From assembly GCA_021613535.1 (NCBI GenBank), contig CP075495.1, positions 11,966,001-12,030,000 on the forward strand: DNA of 64,000 nucleotides, written 5' to 3'. The notes under the pieces are model-generated. The model was given only the letters and a program-made list of their open reading frames with translations, had not been told where the DNA came from and made no database searches. Below, in pieces: positions 13,843 through 32,652 of the stretch; the stretch's first letter is position 1; the number at the start of each line of letters is the position of its first letter. Origin of the DNA: Adineta vaga (Eukaryota; Animalia; Rotifera). Both the position numbers and the translations under genes were made by a program.

Positions 13843-14708
13843 TGAATACCTTCTTTACATAAATAAGTAATGAATGCTGAAAATTTCAAGTTTGAGAAAC
13901 GAAGGTTAGATTTTTCTTGAGAAATATTTAATAAATAATAATCAGTTAATCAACTATTAACGTAAGCTTAACATAGTGTAAATATCGATGATGTGAAGAA
14001 AAAGTATAGATTGAATATTGTCAAGTAAAATACAGTTTGATTTTGTTTCTCTTTTATGCAACAAATTCATATTTATCAATCATCGGAAGAAATGTGAAAT
14101 TAAATAAAGATCGATAATTCGATAAATATTTCATGAGAAAACAATTCCTTCCTCAGATAAATAACAATATTATGATTGAATTGTAGATAAAATATTTTTT
14201 TAATTCTTATTTGACAATTCAAATATGATTTCGAAAATCTTCTTGGGTGTTGTATAGAATTATCTTTTAATTTATTGAAATTTTTCAACGAGAACTCTTT
14301 TATTTTATTCTCAACCATTTTGAATGAAATTATTTGTAGAAAAAAAGATTTAACATTGCCTACAATGTGGTTTTACGTAAACTTTTGAAATAATTCTTTG
14401 TTTTTATTTAATGTTCTTCTTCTGTACAAATAAACAAAATTTGCGAAATTTCAAGTATCTTCATCATTTTTTCATGATCGATATGATTTTGCAGAAAGAA
14501 ATATCGAATTATTAACAGAAATGAGAATTATTTTTTGAATATATAGGCAAATTCATATTAAAAAACGCCGTTTTCCTATTTGTTTGAAATATCCTAATTT
14601 AATGATAATCGTTTTCTATTTAAAATATTGAAATATTTGTGAAATTGATCTGAATAAGGTCATGTACATGGCAAAATATAGAAGAAGAATAAAGAGAGAG
14701 AATAGTTT

Positions 14709-15277
14709 ATGAATGTTCCACGTTGTCCTGTTCCATTACGAAGAGAGATATTTGTTCAAATTTCATCGTTTTTCGTTTCTTTCCTGGTTACTAGCCTATA
14801 TAGAAAAATACCCAATTGTCCATCCATAATACAGAAAATTTCATTCATTTAGTAAAATCATGTCGACGGAAGAAATCCCTGATTTTCAAGTTATGGAATG
14901 TTTTAATTCAATAATAAGCAAATATATTGCAAAAGAACGTAAAATTGGAAAAAATAAAGCAAAATTATTTGAAATAATTTTCAAAATAATTGAACTTGTA
15001 AGAAATATCTTTCGAATTAAGATATGCTGATGATATTCTTTTTTTTCACAGCTCTTAATCCTTGGATTTATGATAAGTCAATTATGTATATATTTCAATC
15101 AGATCCTGTATAAACATCAATTATACACGGATGTGCAAAGAATTTACCAATATATATGGCATCAAAGTTCTATGATTACATTTTTGATGCTTTATTGTTT
15201 AAGAGTGATTGTGCGATTAATTTTCCTATGGAAGAAAACCAACAACATCAGTGGGATAGAAACTTTTTTCAAAACGG
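14709..15277 (+). pseudogene. Decayed multi-exon coding fragment, family not recognised
   Basis: Exon-like frames MNVPRCPVPLRREIYLFKF...IVHP*YRKF...KIIEL|gtaag and ag|LNPWIYDKS...DPV*TSIIHGC...FFQN|gtaa, each interrupted by one stop. Confidence 0.4.
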
Positions 15278-15700
15278 TAATGGAATAGTTTGTTTTTGGA
15301 TCTAATTCGAATGAATTATCTTTAGGAACAATTACGAAGATTCATGTTTGGTACAGAAGTTACTGTTTTCTCTACATGGAGATTACTGACTCTATGGTCT
15401 TTTTGAATTCTTTCTGAATTCAAAATCACAAGCCATAAGCATTTTTTTCCACACAATCCTGGGTATACGGGTCTAAAACAAACAATTGGTTCTATTCAAT
15501 GACCGACAGTCATTGTTATATATCCAGATGGTGCAACGCACAATTGTTCACATTATTTTTCACGATTCTTATCATTTCACTTGAGCATGACCAGACATAA
15601 ATCCAGTACTGTGTTCATAGACTCGTCTTAATTCATCACTAGTGATGAAAAATGTGTATACCCAGTTAGATACTTTCACCTTAATCAATTTGAAAGACTC

Positions 15701-15846
15701 AGGGTATAAGGGTCTAAAGGGTCTAATGGTCTAAAGAGTATAAGTGTATAAGACCCTTATACCCTTACACCCTTTTATCCCTAGACCCTTTGGACCCTTA
15801 TACCCTTAGACTCTTTAGACCCTTATACCCTTATACACTTAGACCC
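15701..15846. repeat. Foldback array of 8-9-mer units (AGGGTATA/AGGGTCTAA then the reverse complements TATACCCT/TTAGACCCT)
   Basis: G-rich arm about 15701-15750 followed directly by a longer C-rich arm; a related copy of the left end lies at about 15459-15478. Confidence 0.8.
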
Positions 15847-15852
15847 AAAGAT

Positions 15853-16252
15853 ATGACGACTTCCGAAGTTATGAAGGACGAAGGTATGCATGTGTATATG
15901 TATATAATTATGAAGATTCGAAGACTCATGATTTCAATCGGATATGATATCTGTTTCTTCTTTTCTTAATTCAGAAAGAATTCAAATAGACCATTGTATG
16001 GGATTACTTGTGAACACGATGGATATATCATCGTTTAAGAATTTGCATGTGAGTATCTCGCTAAAAATTTATGAAAAATTTCAACTTAATGATGATATTG
16101 TTTCATAGATTTCTTATTGTACGTTTGGTGGAATCATTGCATTATTTGCACTTGTCAGCATGAGATTAATAATCGTTGATACGGTACCTATTGAAGAAGA
16201 AAATGTTTCACAAGAACAGCAGCAACAAGAAGAAAGAGAGACAACAATATAA
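15853..16252 (+). CDS. Small 3-exon ORF or 3' gene fragment with one TM helix and an acidic/Q-rich tail
   Basis: Phase-compatible splicing gives MTTSEVMKDE|ERIQIDHCMGLLVNTMDISSFKNLH|ISYCTFGGIIALFALVSMRLIIVDTVPIEEENVSQEQQQQEERETTI*. Confidence 0.45.
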
Positions 16253-16647
16253 TTAGGTTTACTTATTGCTGACTTTTCATTATATGATTTGTTTTTCAAT
16301 CATATTTTTTTCAAAGAAGAAACATTGTTTTGGTTTTTTCCGATCGATTTGTAAAAATAAAACAATCGAGTATGTTGTTGAAAACTATTTCACCAGTCAA
16401 AATTTCAAAATGGTAAATGAAATTGATGGAAAATTAATCGTAAAACTTAATCGTATGATTGATGATAAAACAGCGGTTAGACATCATGAATATTGCTTCA
16501 TATGCATATGAAATAATGATTCTTAATGAATTAAGAAAACTAACATATTGTATGTCTTGAAAAAACATACTTGCCAGTAAAAGCTGGAAATTGAAATAAT
16601 ATCCCTAGTCACATTATCTACGAAACAGAAAGTAAAAGATTAATTTT

Positions 16648-16851
16648 AGAGACTACGTCAGAATTTCCACTCTGGAGGGGCTCAACCATACAGATATTGT
16701 ATTTTCATAAGATAAAAATTAGTTTTCTATAAAGTTTTTCCAAAATCAGAGGGGGCTAAAACGAATTTCGAGGGGCTCGCCCTCCCCCTCCTGGCGCTGC
16801 CAGTAAATCTGGGTGGGCATCGCCTCAAGTACTCCACTCTTGGTAACGCCA
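16648..16851. mobile_element. Degenerate GC-rich MITE-like relic (possibly two nested right ends)
   Basis: GC island with repeated GAGGGG(G)CT motifs and terminal-like CTGGCGCTGCCAGT and GGTAACGCCAC. No clear TSD. Confidence 0.4.
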
Positions 16852-17632
16852 CAATTCGGTATATCCACATCCTCAAGATCTTTTTAATCATTTTCTTATT
16901 TTTGAAAGAAATTGTCATGTGATATTTTTTCGATCACTTCTCAGACACTAGCACACTAGTTTTACTTTTCAAGTCATAATTTTATTTTCAATTATGTACA
17001 TCTTGAGTGTGCGAATGAAAATGCAGAATAAGTCAACACCAGCATCTATCCTCACTCTGAACGATCCACCTCATCTTACCGATCAGTTACAAGATTCCTA
17101 TACAAACTGTGATAACAAATGACATGCCTATTAATATCATCGATGAGTCATTGCAGAAATGGAAAAGTGTTACTCATTTACCAAAACATTTTGAAGATCT
17201 CTCATCAGCGACATATAGACACCTTGAATGTCATAAAGCAGATGCCTTTGCCATCAATAACATTTTCTACTTTTAGAATCAGAATTAAATTTGCTATCAG
17301 TTCTCTCATTGCATCAGATCCGATCACAGCATCGCTTGGTTCAAATTTTGCTGAATCCTTTACGAAACCATAACGGTCAAGCATCATTCGCCGCTTTTCA
17401 TATACAATATAATAGAATAGTCCCTCCAAACTCCATAGTTAATATTAATATCACTCAAAATGCTAGTGTACTTAATAACCATAATCGATTCATGCAGTAT
17501 CTTCGACATTTTCAGATGTGCATGAAATCTCATATGTTATCAAAGTATCATAGAAGTATATTATTGGATCGTCTTATCCTCTGCATTCTGGACTAAATTT
17601 ATTTTCCAACGGCGTTTTACCTGAAAAATCCA

Positions 17633-18024
17633 TAGAACTAGTACAAACATTGCTGCAATTACATAAAAAATATGTTAATTTCTTATTCAACAGAAATAAA
17701 ATCTATTTTTATTTGATAGGATGGTGTTGTTAGTGCTGCTGATAGTCGATGTACTGTCGGAAACATCATCTTTAATAATAATGTTTTAAAAATTCATCGA
17801 TTATCGGACAATATTTATGCACTTAGGGTAGGAACATCAGCTGATTGTGATTTTTAAACGCCTTTATTTCATCGCAACTGTGTTCATCCTCATAGAAGTG
17901 TTGCATTTCTTCTATTTGTTGCTTCAGGTTCAAATGGTTATACATCATTATCTGTTATTGAAGATCGTTTCAAAGAAAATATGACCGTAAGATGTTTTCT
18001 TTGTAGGAAGATGAAGCAAAACAA

Positions 18025-18027
<3 letters not shown>
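17633..18027 (+). pseudogene. 20S proteasome beta subunit (beta2/PSMB7-like) pseudogene
   Basis: TSTNIAAIT*K|DGVVSAADSRCTVGNII...KIHRLSDNIYA..GTSADCDF*; an internal deletion after FISSQL; then VHPH..SGS..SLSVIEDRFKENMT|EDEAKQL. In-frame stops, and a shrunken 20-nt intron at 17987-18006. Confidence 0.8.
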
Positions 18028-18469
<442 letters not shown>

Positions 18470-18607
18470 TTTCCAAAACACAAGAACGAACAGTTGTTTA
18501 ATTCATCGAAAAAGTTTTCATCATTTATATTCTTCACAATAAAATACACATACACCCTGATTTGGCCTATATAGAAAAACCGTGTTTTTCTCGTGGAACA
18601 TGTCTTG

Positions 18608-18736
18608 ACGTATCGTGATCAACCATTTCCATCAATATTTCCACCATTTAAAGACGCACCTCTATGTCGAACAGCATGGATTAAAAATATGGAAGATTCA
18701 ATCGAAGGATATCTTTCATTGACTAAAACTGACTGA
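18608..18736 (+). pseudogene. Duplicated 3' fragment of the FMO gene
   Basis: [42 protein letters not shown], with no upstream FMO sequence. Confidence 0.9.
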
Positions 18737-18918
18737 AAACTGTTCGAAAAAGTTACGTTTAATTATCTTAGAAATAAATATTCCTTATTGACATATTCTA
18801 ATTTAGTATCAAGTTTATTTTTATGAATTTATATTAAAATGAAATAAAGAATAAGGCTACAGAAAAATAAGTTATCTGACATGAAAAGAAGAAAAAAAAG
18901 GTGATCGTTTAATATCAT

Positions 18919-20357
18919 CTAACATTTATCTAGAAACCAATCGTTAATATTTTCATACCAAATCCGTTGTTTATTTGTATTCAATCGATAACATAATTCA
19001 CAAAATCGATATGGATCAAGATCTTGCGCCAAATGATATACATCATAATAACGTCTCCAATAATGATATTTTTCATATAAACTTTTATTTCGAACAATTG
19101 AATATAGAACTTCAGCAATTTGATCTTCCGATGCATAATCATCGACATGAATAAATGAATGTGGTGGTGCAATACGTACATAATTTTCACGATCAGGACC
19201 ACTAACAATCGGTATTGCACCAGAAGCAAGTGTACGCCAAAATTTTTCTGTGATATAATCCGTACATGATTGAGATTCAAAAGCAAGATAAAATTTTGAA
19301 TTTAATAAATAACTGTTTTCACAGGATGATTGACGTGTACATTTACCATTCGATTGGACTTGTGCATTTAGTGAAACTGATTCATTCGATTTAATACAAC
19401 GACCGAAAGCTGCAATTGGATAATATTGACGAAGTCCACGAAATTTGGCTAAACGTTTTTTTGGTACACAATTAGAAACAAACCTGAACAAAGAAATGAT
19501 GACAAATTTGTTTCATTATCATGGAGAAAATATACCAAACAGCTTGATCATGTCTTTTAGTGAATTGTTGATCAATCCAGGAATTGAATTGTTCAATTGA
19601 CCATGGTTTGTCTTTGACAACTGTAATTCCATAGGCTGCTATAGATGCTTCTGCACTTGTTCGATATGATATTGTCCAATTAAATTTATATTTATTTAAT
19701 TCAGGTGAGTTATCATTCGGTTCATCATGCCATAATAACCAAATTTGATCAGAATTTCTTTTCAATGTATCAAGTTTTTGATGATCTAAATCTCGTTTAT
19801 GCATTAAAAGTACTTGAGCTTGATTTTCATATGTTCGATTACATGTATATTTACTGAAAGAATAAAACAATATGATTCTATCGAGAATACATACAACAAT
19901 GAACTTACCAATTTGTATATGGACATGTTTTACCAAATATTTGTTCATTTGTATGTGAACAAAATCTTGGTTTATCAAAAACATTAGTATATTCAAGGAT
20001 CAAATGAGTTTTCAGTGTTTTGTTATTTTCAATTAATGGTAACACGATTTTCTGTTGTTTATTTGCAGCATTAGCATCGTCGATAAATTTCAATTCATCT
20101 TTTTTTGAAAAATAATAATTTATACTTGTATTGATAGTTTTAGTATTGAGAACATCTGTTGGATACATTACATTCGTATCGGGTATTTCTAATGAATTTG
20201 GATTTATAGCTGATGATATCATAGACATAACATTGATTTGAATAAACATGACAAAAGTTATCATAAAGAGTAAACCAAATAATGGCCATTTAAAATGAAA
20301 CATATAATGACGACAGGTAAGATCATTATTTTTTCGTGAATGAACACGTTTTTCCAT
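18919..20357 (-). CDS. Alpha-1,3-fucosyltransferase (CAZy GT10), 3 exons
   Basis: Type II TM anchor; WLLWHDEP, FNWTISYR, AVWFVSNC; GT10 motif KFYLAFESQSCTDYITEKFW..GAIPIVSGP; PPHSFIHVDDY; FCELC. Confidence 0.92.
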
Positions 20358-21423
20358 TTTGGAAGAAAAAACGTTGATGGATTTGTCTAGAAATATTATC
20401 GAATCGATTTAGTAAATAATAAAAAATGAAATCTGTCATCTTTGATAAATATATATATATACTATGTAATTGCTCTTATATATATAATTCGTCAAACTTA
20501 TTCATGCTCGTGGAATAGTATAGCTTTATTATTTACAAAGAAATCTGTTGTGAAATCTCTGTGAATTGAAAGAAAGAAAGAAAAATATATTCTACTATTC
20601 AATGTCGAACTTCATTTTATGATTTCTCGTACTTTGATTCTACTAAACAGACTTGTTTATATGTGATGGATAATTTAGTCTTTGAGAAGCACACAAAAAG
20701 AGAAGAAAAACACGACGAGCATTAAAGCAAACATACAAATGCTAACTAATGGATTATCGCCTTGCTTGATAGTCCTCAATCGGCTGTTATCTATACCAGA
20801 AACGATGATCTTTAGCCATTTATAGTCTTAGATAAAAAGAAAAGAAATATTTAAACATGCCCTGTCTTTAATCGAAGACATAATGGAAAATGAAACGACA
20901 AATCAGGTCAATATAGAATTTATTTTTACTAGTCTTGTCGTCTTGGGCGACGATAGATTTTCTTTCCTTTTCTTCACATTAGTTTGTTTGCGTTTATATG
21001 GTAGATATAAAGATAAGTTTTCTTTTGATACTTCCATAATCTCCTTTTTTTCTATTCTTCGCTCTTTCTATAGCTTAAAATCGCATACTTTTCCTTTTCT
21101 ATTTTCCTATAACAACAATACTAAATATTTCTTTTCATATGAAATCTATAATGCTGACATTTTTCTCTCCCATTATTAATCATCAACGGCATTAAAACTA
21201 ATATAAACATATAAGTTATTCAATAGCAATCTATATTCCATTCATTATTTGAATATTATCAACAATATCATATATATATATATATTGAAATTACTAAATT
21301 TATTATTACAGATAAATACACACATAAGAAAAAGAGCTCAACCAGTATTACTAATACAACCCAAGGGAGAATGCACAAAAACATTTTTAAAAACAAATAT
21401 ATAGATATATATATATCACTGGA

Positions 21424-22871
21424 TTATCGATGGTTTGAAATCACTGTTGGTTGTTTAGATGTATTCGTCTTCGAATTCGCTTTTATTTCGATTAAATAGT
21501 TATCATAATCATCATCAGTATCACTGCTACTATTCTGAGTATTTGATATCATTCTTGGTGATCGTGCTCGATGCAATAAGTTAAGAACACCTGAACGTTC
21601 AAATAAACCAATAAAATTATGTATATATTCTTTACTGCGATCTTCCCAACGTTCCATAAATGTTTTCGATTCTTCTTCATATGTACGAAATTTCGATTTG
21701 ACTGTATCAATTCGTGTTTGTAATTCTAATTGATTCTTTTTTAGAAAACCAACATTTAAATCTTGCGCTGAATAGCCACGAGCTAAATTTCGTCGTACAT
21801 ACATATCATAATCACGAACAAGACGACATATAATATCTGATGTCGAAACACCTTCTGTACGTTGAGTTGCGGCAAACATACCGCGAGCCTAGAAAAGCAT
21901 CAATAAAACTAATATATCTATACATTCATTGTAATACAGTCAAGATAAGTGTAAATAAAATCTTAGTGATAGAAATTGAAGAGTTTCATCTCACTTTATG
22001 AATTATTCTTATTGAAAAGAAAACTATATTATGGAATCCAACAGAGCTACATGGGGCTTAGCAAACCTTTCAAAAAGATTTATAATTATTTATTAAAAAT
22101 AATAGTTTATTATCGTACACTAACTTACTTTGATATGTTGATAAATATCATCACTTCCTTCAGTTCCATATGGTATTTCATCATGTGCAACAAAATCAAT
22201 CTTATTCTGTGTTAAAAATTCATCACTAAGTACCCATGGAGCATCAGTAACAACTTCATCAACATAACGACAATGACGAATACTTTCATAACGTTCATTT
22301 TCATTCATAACAGTTTTGCCTTTTTTACTGCGTGTTAAATTATCATTACAAACACCAACAAGTAAATAAACATTTCGAAATAAATTCTTTGCTTGCATCA
22401 ATTGGCGAGCATGACCCGCATGAAATAAATCATATATACCTAAATTAATAAAAATAATGATGGAAATAGATAACAAATATTATTTTTTTTTATACCATCA
22501 GCGTATATACGAATTTTTCTTGGTGCTGTACCATGTTTTGCCATGTCTAATGTAATTTTGAATGTATAATCACATTTTTCACGTTCTTCAATAGCTTTAT
22601 CTTCGTAACATAATGGTGCTGGACCTACATTAAGATCAACATTAATTACAGGTTTTTCAGAAAATTCCATTGAACATTTTTCGTCCGTTCCAATATTTTC
22701 CTTCGTTTTCGATTCATTCGATGATGATGATGATGATGATTGTTCACAAGTATTTTCTTTTATGACTGAATAATTTATATTAGAATTACATATGGAACTT
22801 TCACCAGATGCATCATACCATTCATCAGCACATAGTATATTGGGTATTGTTATTGTTGATATATCACCCAT
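21424..22871 (-). CDS. PCYT1: Choline-phosphate cytidylyltransferase, 3 exons
   Basis: [75 protein letters not shown] and an amphipathic M domain. Confidence 0.95.
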
Positions 22872-23708
22872 GAAATAAAGTATCAAAAAAACAAAATCTA
22901 AAATACGAAATTGTTTTTCATTTGATCAAATTGCAATTAAAAAACAGTGTTTTGGTGGAAAGAGCAACGAATATTTGAGGGACAGGAGACTAATTAATCC
23001 CATGATTTATAAAATCATCAATATGAATCCATCTGAATCGAGAGCGATAGAGAAAATATACAATACTACTTAGGAAAGCACATGACCTTCAATAATAACG
23101 AGGTGATGGACTGGACTGCGTAGTATTAGTAGAGAAAAGAAACACGATATCGATTAATAGATGACACTAGTAAATGGTAAAGTAATTATATATGTTATCA
23201 GATTTTAGTTGTTTGATTATTTATAATAGAGAGAAATTTTAGTGACAGGCAAATTAGATCTAGATCGATGTCTATATATAAAGAATAGTCATATAGGTAT
23301 CTGTCTAACTTGTCATCACCCATTGTTGTTGATGATTCATAAGATTACCTTTTGTTTCTTTCTTTCCTTTTTGTCGAAAAGAAAAGAAGAGAAGAAGGGA
23401 GTTTAAATACAGTTTATCGATTGAATGCCGATCAGTTCATATAGAGGTTCATTCGTTCATCCATTTGTTCGATGTGACACTTCCGTTCATTGATCAGCAT
23501 GTATACACATAGATGTATGAACGTGATATGTACGCATGCACGTATGTATATATGCATGCATGCATAATCATGTGTATCATTGACTAATCACTCAATATTT
23601 GTTTGTTTGCAATAAATATATCATACAAGTGCATTTAAATTAATGTTTAGTTTTTTGTTCTGCATTTTCTAGATATTCATTTTCAATTGAATTCACTTAT
23701 TCTTTAAC

Positions 23709-28844
<5,136 letters not shown>

Positions 28845-29893
28845 GAACAAGAAACTTTGCAATATATCTGTCAATGATCATCGTTTTTCTTTTTTGCACT
28901 ATGCTGCATGTTATCATTGACTCTATATCACATTTGAGACGTTAAAAAAAAACTCACACACACGCAATATTATTTGCATGCATAAAATTTCTTTGAAACA
29001 ATTGTCTATTTACTTACATATTTGTTATAGGGATATCGAACCGAATGGTTCCTCTTAATCATATTTATATTTACATACATATTCAAATGGGAATCTTTTC
29101 TTCTTTTTTTACTAACAGTATTTTATCAACATTTTTCTTTTCTTGTTAATTGTATTTCTATTGTATAAAAGAAAAAGAAACTAAAAGAATCTCGTACATT
29201 TTCTATTTTAAAGGTCAACATTCTTTTATATGATATCATCTTTTACTTTGCCTTAACATAGGAAAAAAATCATCTTACGACATGAGAAAATAATTTTTCG
29301 TTGAATACAAAGGATTAAAACAAGAGCAAACCTCGAAAATACTTGTCAATGAACAAAAACAACTCAACTTCTGAATAAGCTTCTTAAGAAAAAAACAAAA
29401 ACTCCTCGAATAAAAGAATTCTTAATATTCCAATTTTCAATAGGAAAAAGAAACACATATTCTTTTAATTATTTTCTATATAGACAACATTGCCAACATG
29501 TTTTTTTCTTTATTATTCATCTGGATGGTGATAAGCAAGGATTTTATTCATGAATGAATGAATCAATCATTAATATTTATATTTACTAATAGAATCGATA
29601 GGATAGTAACATATCAATTTAAAATTGAATAGAAGCAAAAAATAACTAAAACGAGACCTGTTGAATTCATATGTTTATTAAACAGACGTTAGCAATCAAA
29701 ATAGTCTTTAAAGTATGTGAAAAGGATAAATATGCTGAAAAGACATATGAAGATGTTAAACGTACACCGTCCGTCTTGTTCTTTGTGACTTCATTCTATT
29801 CAAGTAGAATTTGACATAAAATCAAAAAAAAAACGCAGAAAAAAATGTCTTTTTTTTAAAATAATGTTTCATCTATGATGTTGATTTTTCTTC

Positions 29894-30951
29894 TCATGAC
29901 ATATTTTGTTGTGCAGGTACGTCATCATTGGATGTACGTTGTGCCAAATATTGTTCAATAACTAAACAATTCAATGAATATATTTATGCAAAATGTTTAA
30001 CTATGATCAGAAATCTTCTCTTACATTCGTTGTCAATTGGATATCGAGGATAATCATATTTATTAAAACGTCCTTGTTGATAGAGTTCTCGAAGAAGATG
30101 ATTGTAGAATTCATCACTATCACTTTCACCTCGTTTTCCCCAAGCTGATGACATACGTTTGCCCCACGCCGATGACATACGTTTACCCCACGCACTACTC
30201 ATACTAAAACAAAACAAAACAAATTAAATAATCAGAAACAAGGCTAAAGTTCCTTATTTAAGATATTCAACAAGGCAATACATTTCTCTTTTGCTGGAAA
30301 AAATACTTTTAAATACATTACTAATGACATTGACTTCCGTTTGTCAATATTTTCATCAAACAAATATAAAGTGAATATATATTTATTTTAAATTATCGAT
30401 TGTAAGACAGAAAGAATTTGTATTTTTTTGAAAAAAAAGTTTTTAGAGAACATAATTCTTCCTGACAAGAATTTTACCTTTTAAAAAAGGGAATGGAAAA
30501 TGTGACATGATTTATGAGTCAAGAGACTAATTTAGTATTCATCAACTGATTGTTCGATGTCCTGTGAAAAGAGTTTGTTTCCCACAAGTCTTTGAACTTA
30601 GAATAGATAATATCTTATCCTTTTCCAAACTGACATTCTCCAAAACAAACAGATTCAATTACTGTGATAAAATAGAGACGATAGGAGAATTTGGTAGGTC
30701 TATATGATATACTTGGATTTGAATATAGAAAGAAAAAGGAACAATATGGCTATCATATTATTAATCGGAAATACTGTGCGACAATGTATGAAAAGGAACT
30801 AAAACATGCACGTAGGTGGGCTTTTCAGTTCAATCTAGACTCACCGTTTGAGATTGTTATTGTCCGAAAGACTTTGCGTGAGTGTAGGTTGACTAAAGAT
30901 TGTCTGTATCAAGACCAATAATATGGCAACTAAGATGATGTATATCTTCAT
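29894..30951 (-). CDS. Wamide neuropeptide precursor (MIP/allatostatin-B-like), 3x MSSAWamide
   Basis: Exon 30951-30845 gives MKIYIILVAILLVLIQTIFSQPT...NLKR (signal peptide + dibasic site). It splices in phase to exon 30203-about 30024 with (MSSAWGKR)x3; the last exon ends ...QQNMS*. Confidence 0.9.
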
Positions 30952-31349
30952 GTTAGTAATTGACAAGGTAAAAGAAATAAAAATGAAGATGAAAAGATTA
31001 GGAATACCGATGAATCTAAAACAAGTTTATAATGATCTATTTATAGATGAATAAATCCAAAGAGAAGAAAAACAATCAAGCTCGATCCCTCAGTTTTAGT
31101 CTACATGAAATGTTTTAATGACGTCAAAGTTAGATAATAGATAATAGATTAAAGTTTTTATTTTTATTTTTGAAAATCTCATAAGACTAAGTATCAACGG
31201 CAGATATTAAGAAGCGGATGTGTCGATGTGCGTGCATAAAAGGTGAATGAATAGCATTAAAAGAAAGAGAGAGAGAAGAGTGGGAGAAATAGACAGTCTC
31301 GAGATTTCTCTTAGTTTCTGCTACTTGTTTTCTCTCTATCGCTCTCTCT

Positions 31350-31388
31350 CTTCTTCTTCTTCTTCTTCTTCTTCTTCTTCTTCTTCTT
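31350..31388. repeat. (CTT)n microsatellite
   Basis: Read directly from the sequence. Confidence 0.9.
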
Positions 31389-32388
31389 TTCTTCGTTTCT
31401 ATCAATCTCTGTTTGTTAATAGCGTTGTTTCGCTGATCAGTAGAAAGCAATTGTGTTGATTTGCTACTTTAATATTTCAAACGATTATGTTCGAAATTTT
31501 GTTTTTTAATTAGAAAAAAAACTCGAACTAAACTCTCATTAATATTGTGAGAGTCTTCAAAATAGCCAAATATCAAAAACACTCCTACGCTTCCTCGATA
31601 GATAATATTATAAAATCGCTTGAATTTTCACATGTTTTCATTACACTTATTATTATTTATCAGTCTATCTTGAACAAAAAGAAAAACAAGGATGTTATTA
31701 TTAGACATCAGAGTTGTTTCGAAAGAGAAAAAAGTAGCTTCTAATGACTTATTTTTCTGTTGGAGTTAGAAAATATCTCTTTTGTTAAAGATAAGCTCTG
31801 TTTCACCTTGTAGATATAGTAGAATAGAATTAGATCAAACCATTTGTATATATTATTATTACAACGAACAAAAAGTACTCCATTCGATTCTAATCAATTG
31901 ATGAGATATACAGTCTCTTATCTTCTGAACAGAATCAATAATTTTTCCATCTGTTAATCAAAATGAATCATAGATGACATATTACGACATTTGTAATATA
32001 CACATCATTGTTCGAAATAATTCTCAATTTGTCCATTCACTTCAGAGAAAAAGAAAACAACATTTGTTTTGTTGTTTCTTAATCAGCATTTCGAATAGAT
32101 CATCCGTTGTTAATATTCCAATTATGTGCTAATTAAAAGAATTTTAACGATTCTGATTTTTGTTTCTGTTGATCTACTTCTTACGCTTCAATGTATGCAT
32201 ACATATCTGCTTAACGAATACTTCATTAAATACAAAAGACAGATGCTTTTTCTGCATATCCAATCGAGCGCCAATTCTTTTAAAAAAAAAAGGAAAAAAG
32301 AAAAAGATTTCTTACATTATTATTTAGCGTTTTTGTTTTTTCAAAATAAAAAAGAAAGATTGCAAAAAACCTTTTTATATCGAATCTT

Positions 32389-32652
32389 ATGTCGACATCA
32401 TATCCTAATAATACACAAGCAACGATTGTTTATGTTTCTTATGAAGGTTGTTGTTATGAAGTACGAATACGTAGTGATAGTGATGCACGAATACTTGATA
32501 TACTTTATGGTTTACAACGTGCACTTTGTATTCCACAATATGAAATGATGTTATGTTATGCTCAACAACGAATTGATTGTCATCAATTTTGTACACTTCG
32601 TTCTCTTGGAATACCTGAAGGTTCTACACTTTATTTATATCGATGTTTATGA
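32389..32652 (+). CDS. Ubiquitin-like domain protein (87 aa) lacking the C-terminal GG
   Basis: Beta-grasp pattern ...LQRALCIPQYEMMLCYAQQRID...TLRSLGIPEGSTLYL resembles ubiquitin GIPPDQQRLIFAGKQLE..TLSDYNIQKESTLHL; coding-like composition. Confidence 0.7.
   Translation: MSTSYPNNTQATIVYVSYEGCCYEVRIRSDSDARILDILYGLQRALCIPQYEMMLCYAQQRIDCHQFCTLRSLGIPEGSTLYLYRCL

Larger units (their letters stand above)
18608..20511. repeat. Direct repeat copy 2 (FMO 3' fragment + intact fucosyltransferase)
   Basis: Begins ACGTATCGTGATCAACC as at 12618 and ends ATTCATGCTCGT as at 13842. Confidence 0.95.

Noticed and set aside
15701-15846. Interstitial telomere or telomere fusion
   Set aside because: The units are heterogeneous 8-9-mers, not a uniform telomeric hexamer.
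17020-17596. Overlapping ORFs with coding-like composition
   Set aside because: Probably another decayed fragment in the insert; no recognisable motif, and the strand cannot be determined.
30135-30203. 24-bp tandem repeats as a CRISPR array or satellite
   Set aside because: There are no spacers; these are the coding repeats of the neuropeptide.
31187-31459. Poly-Arg / poly-Ser ORFs on opposite strands
   Set aside because: Artefacts of the (CTT)n and (CT)n microsatellites.
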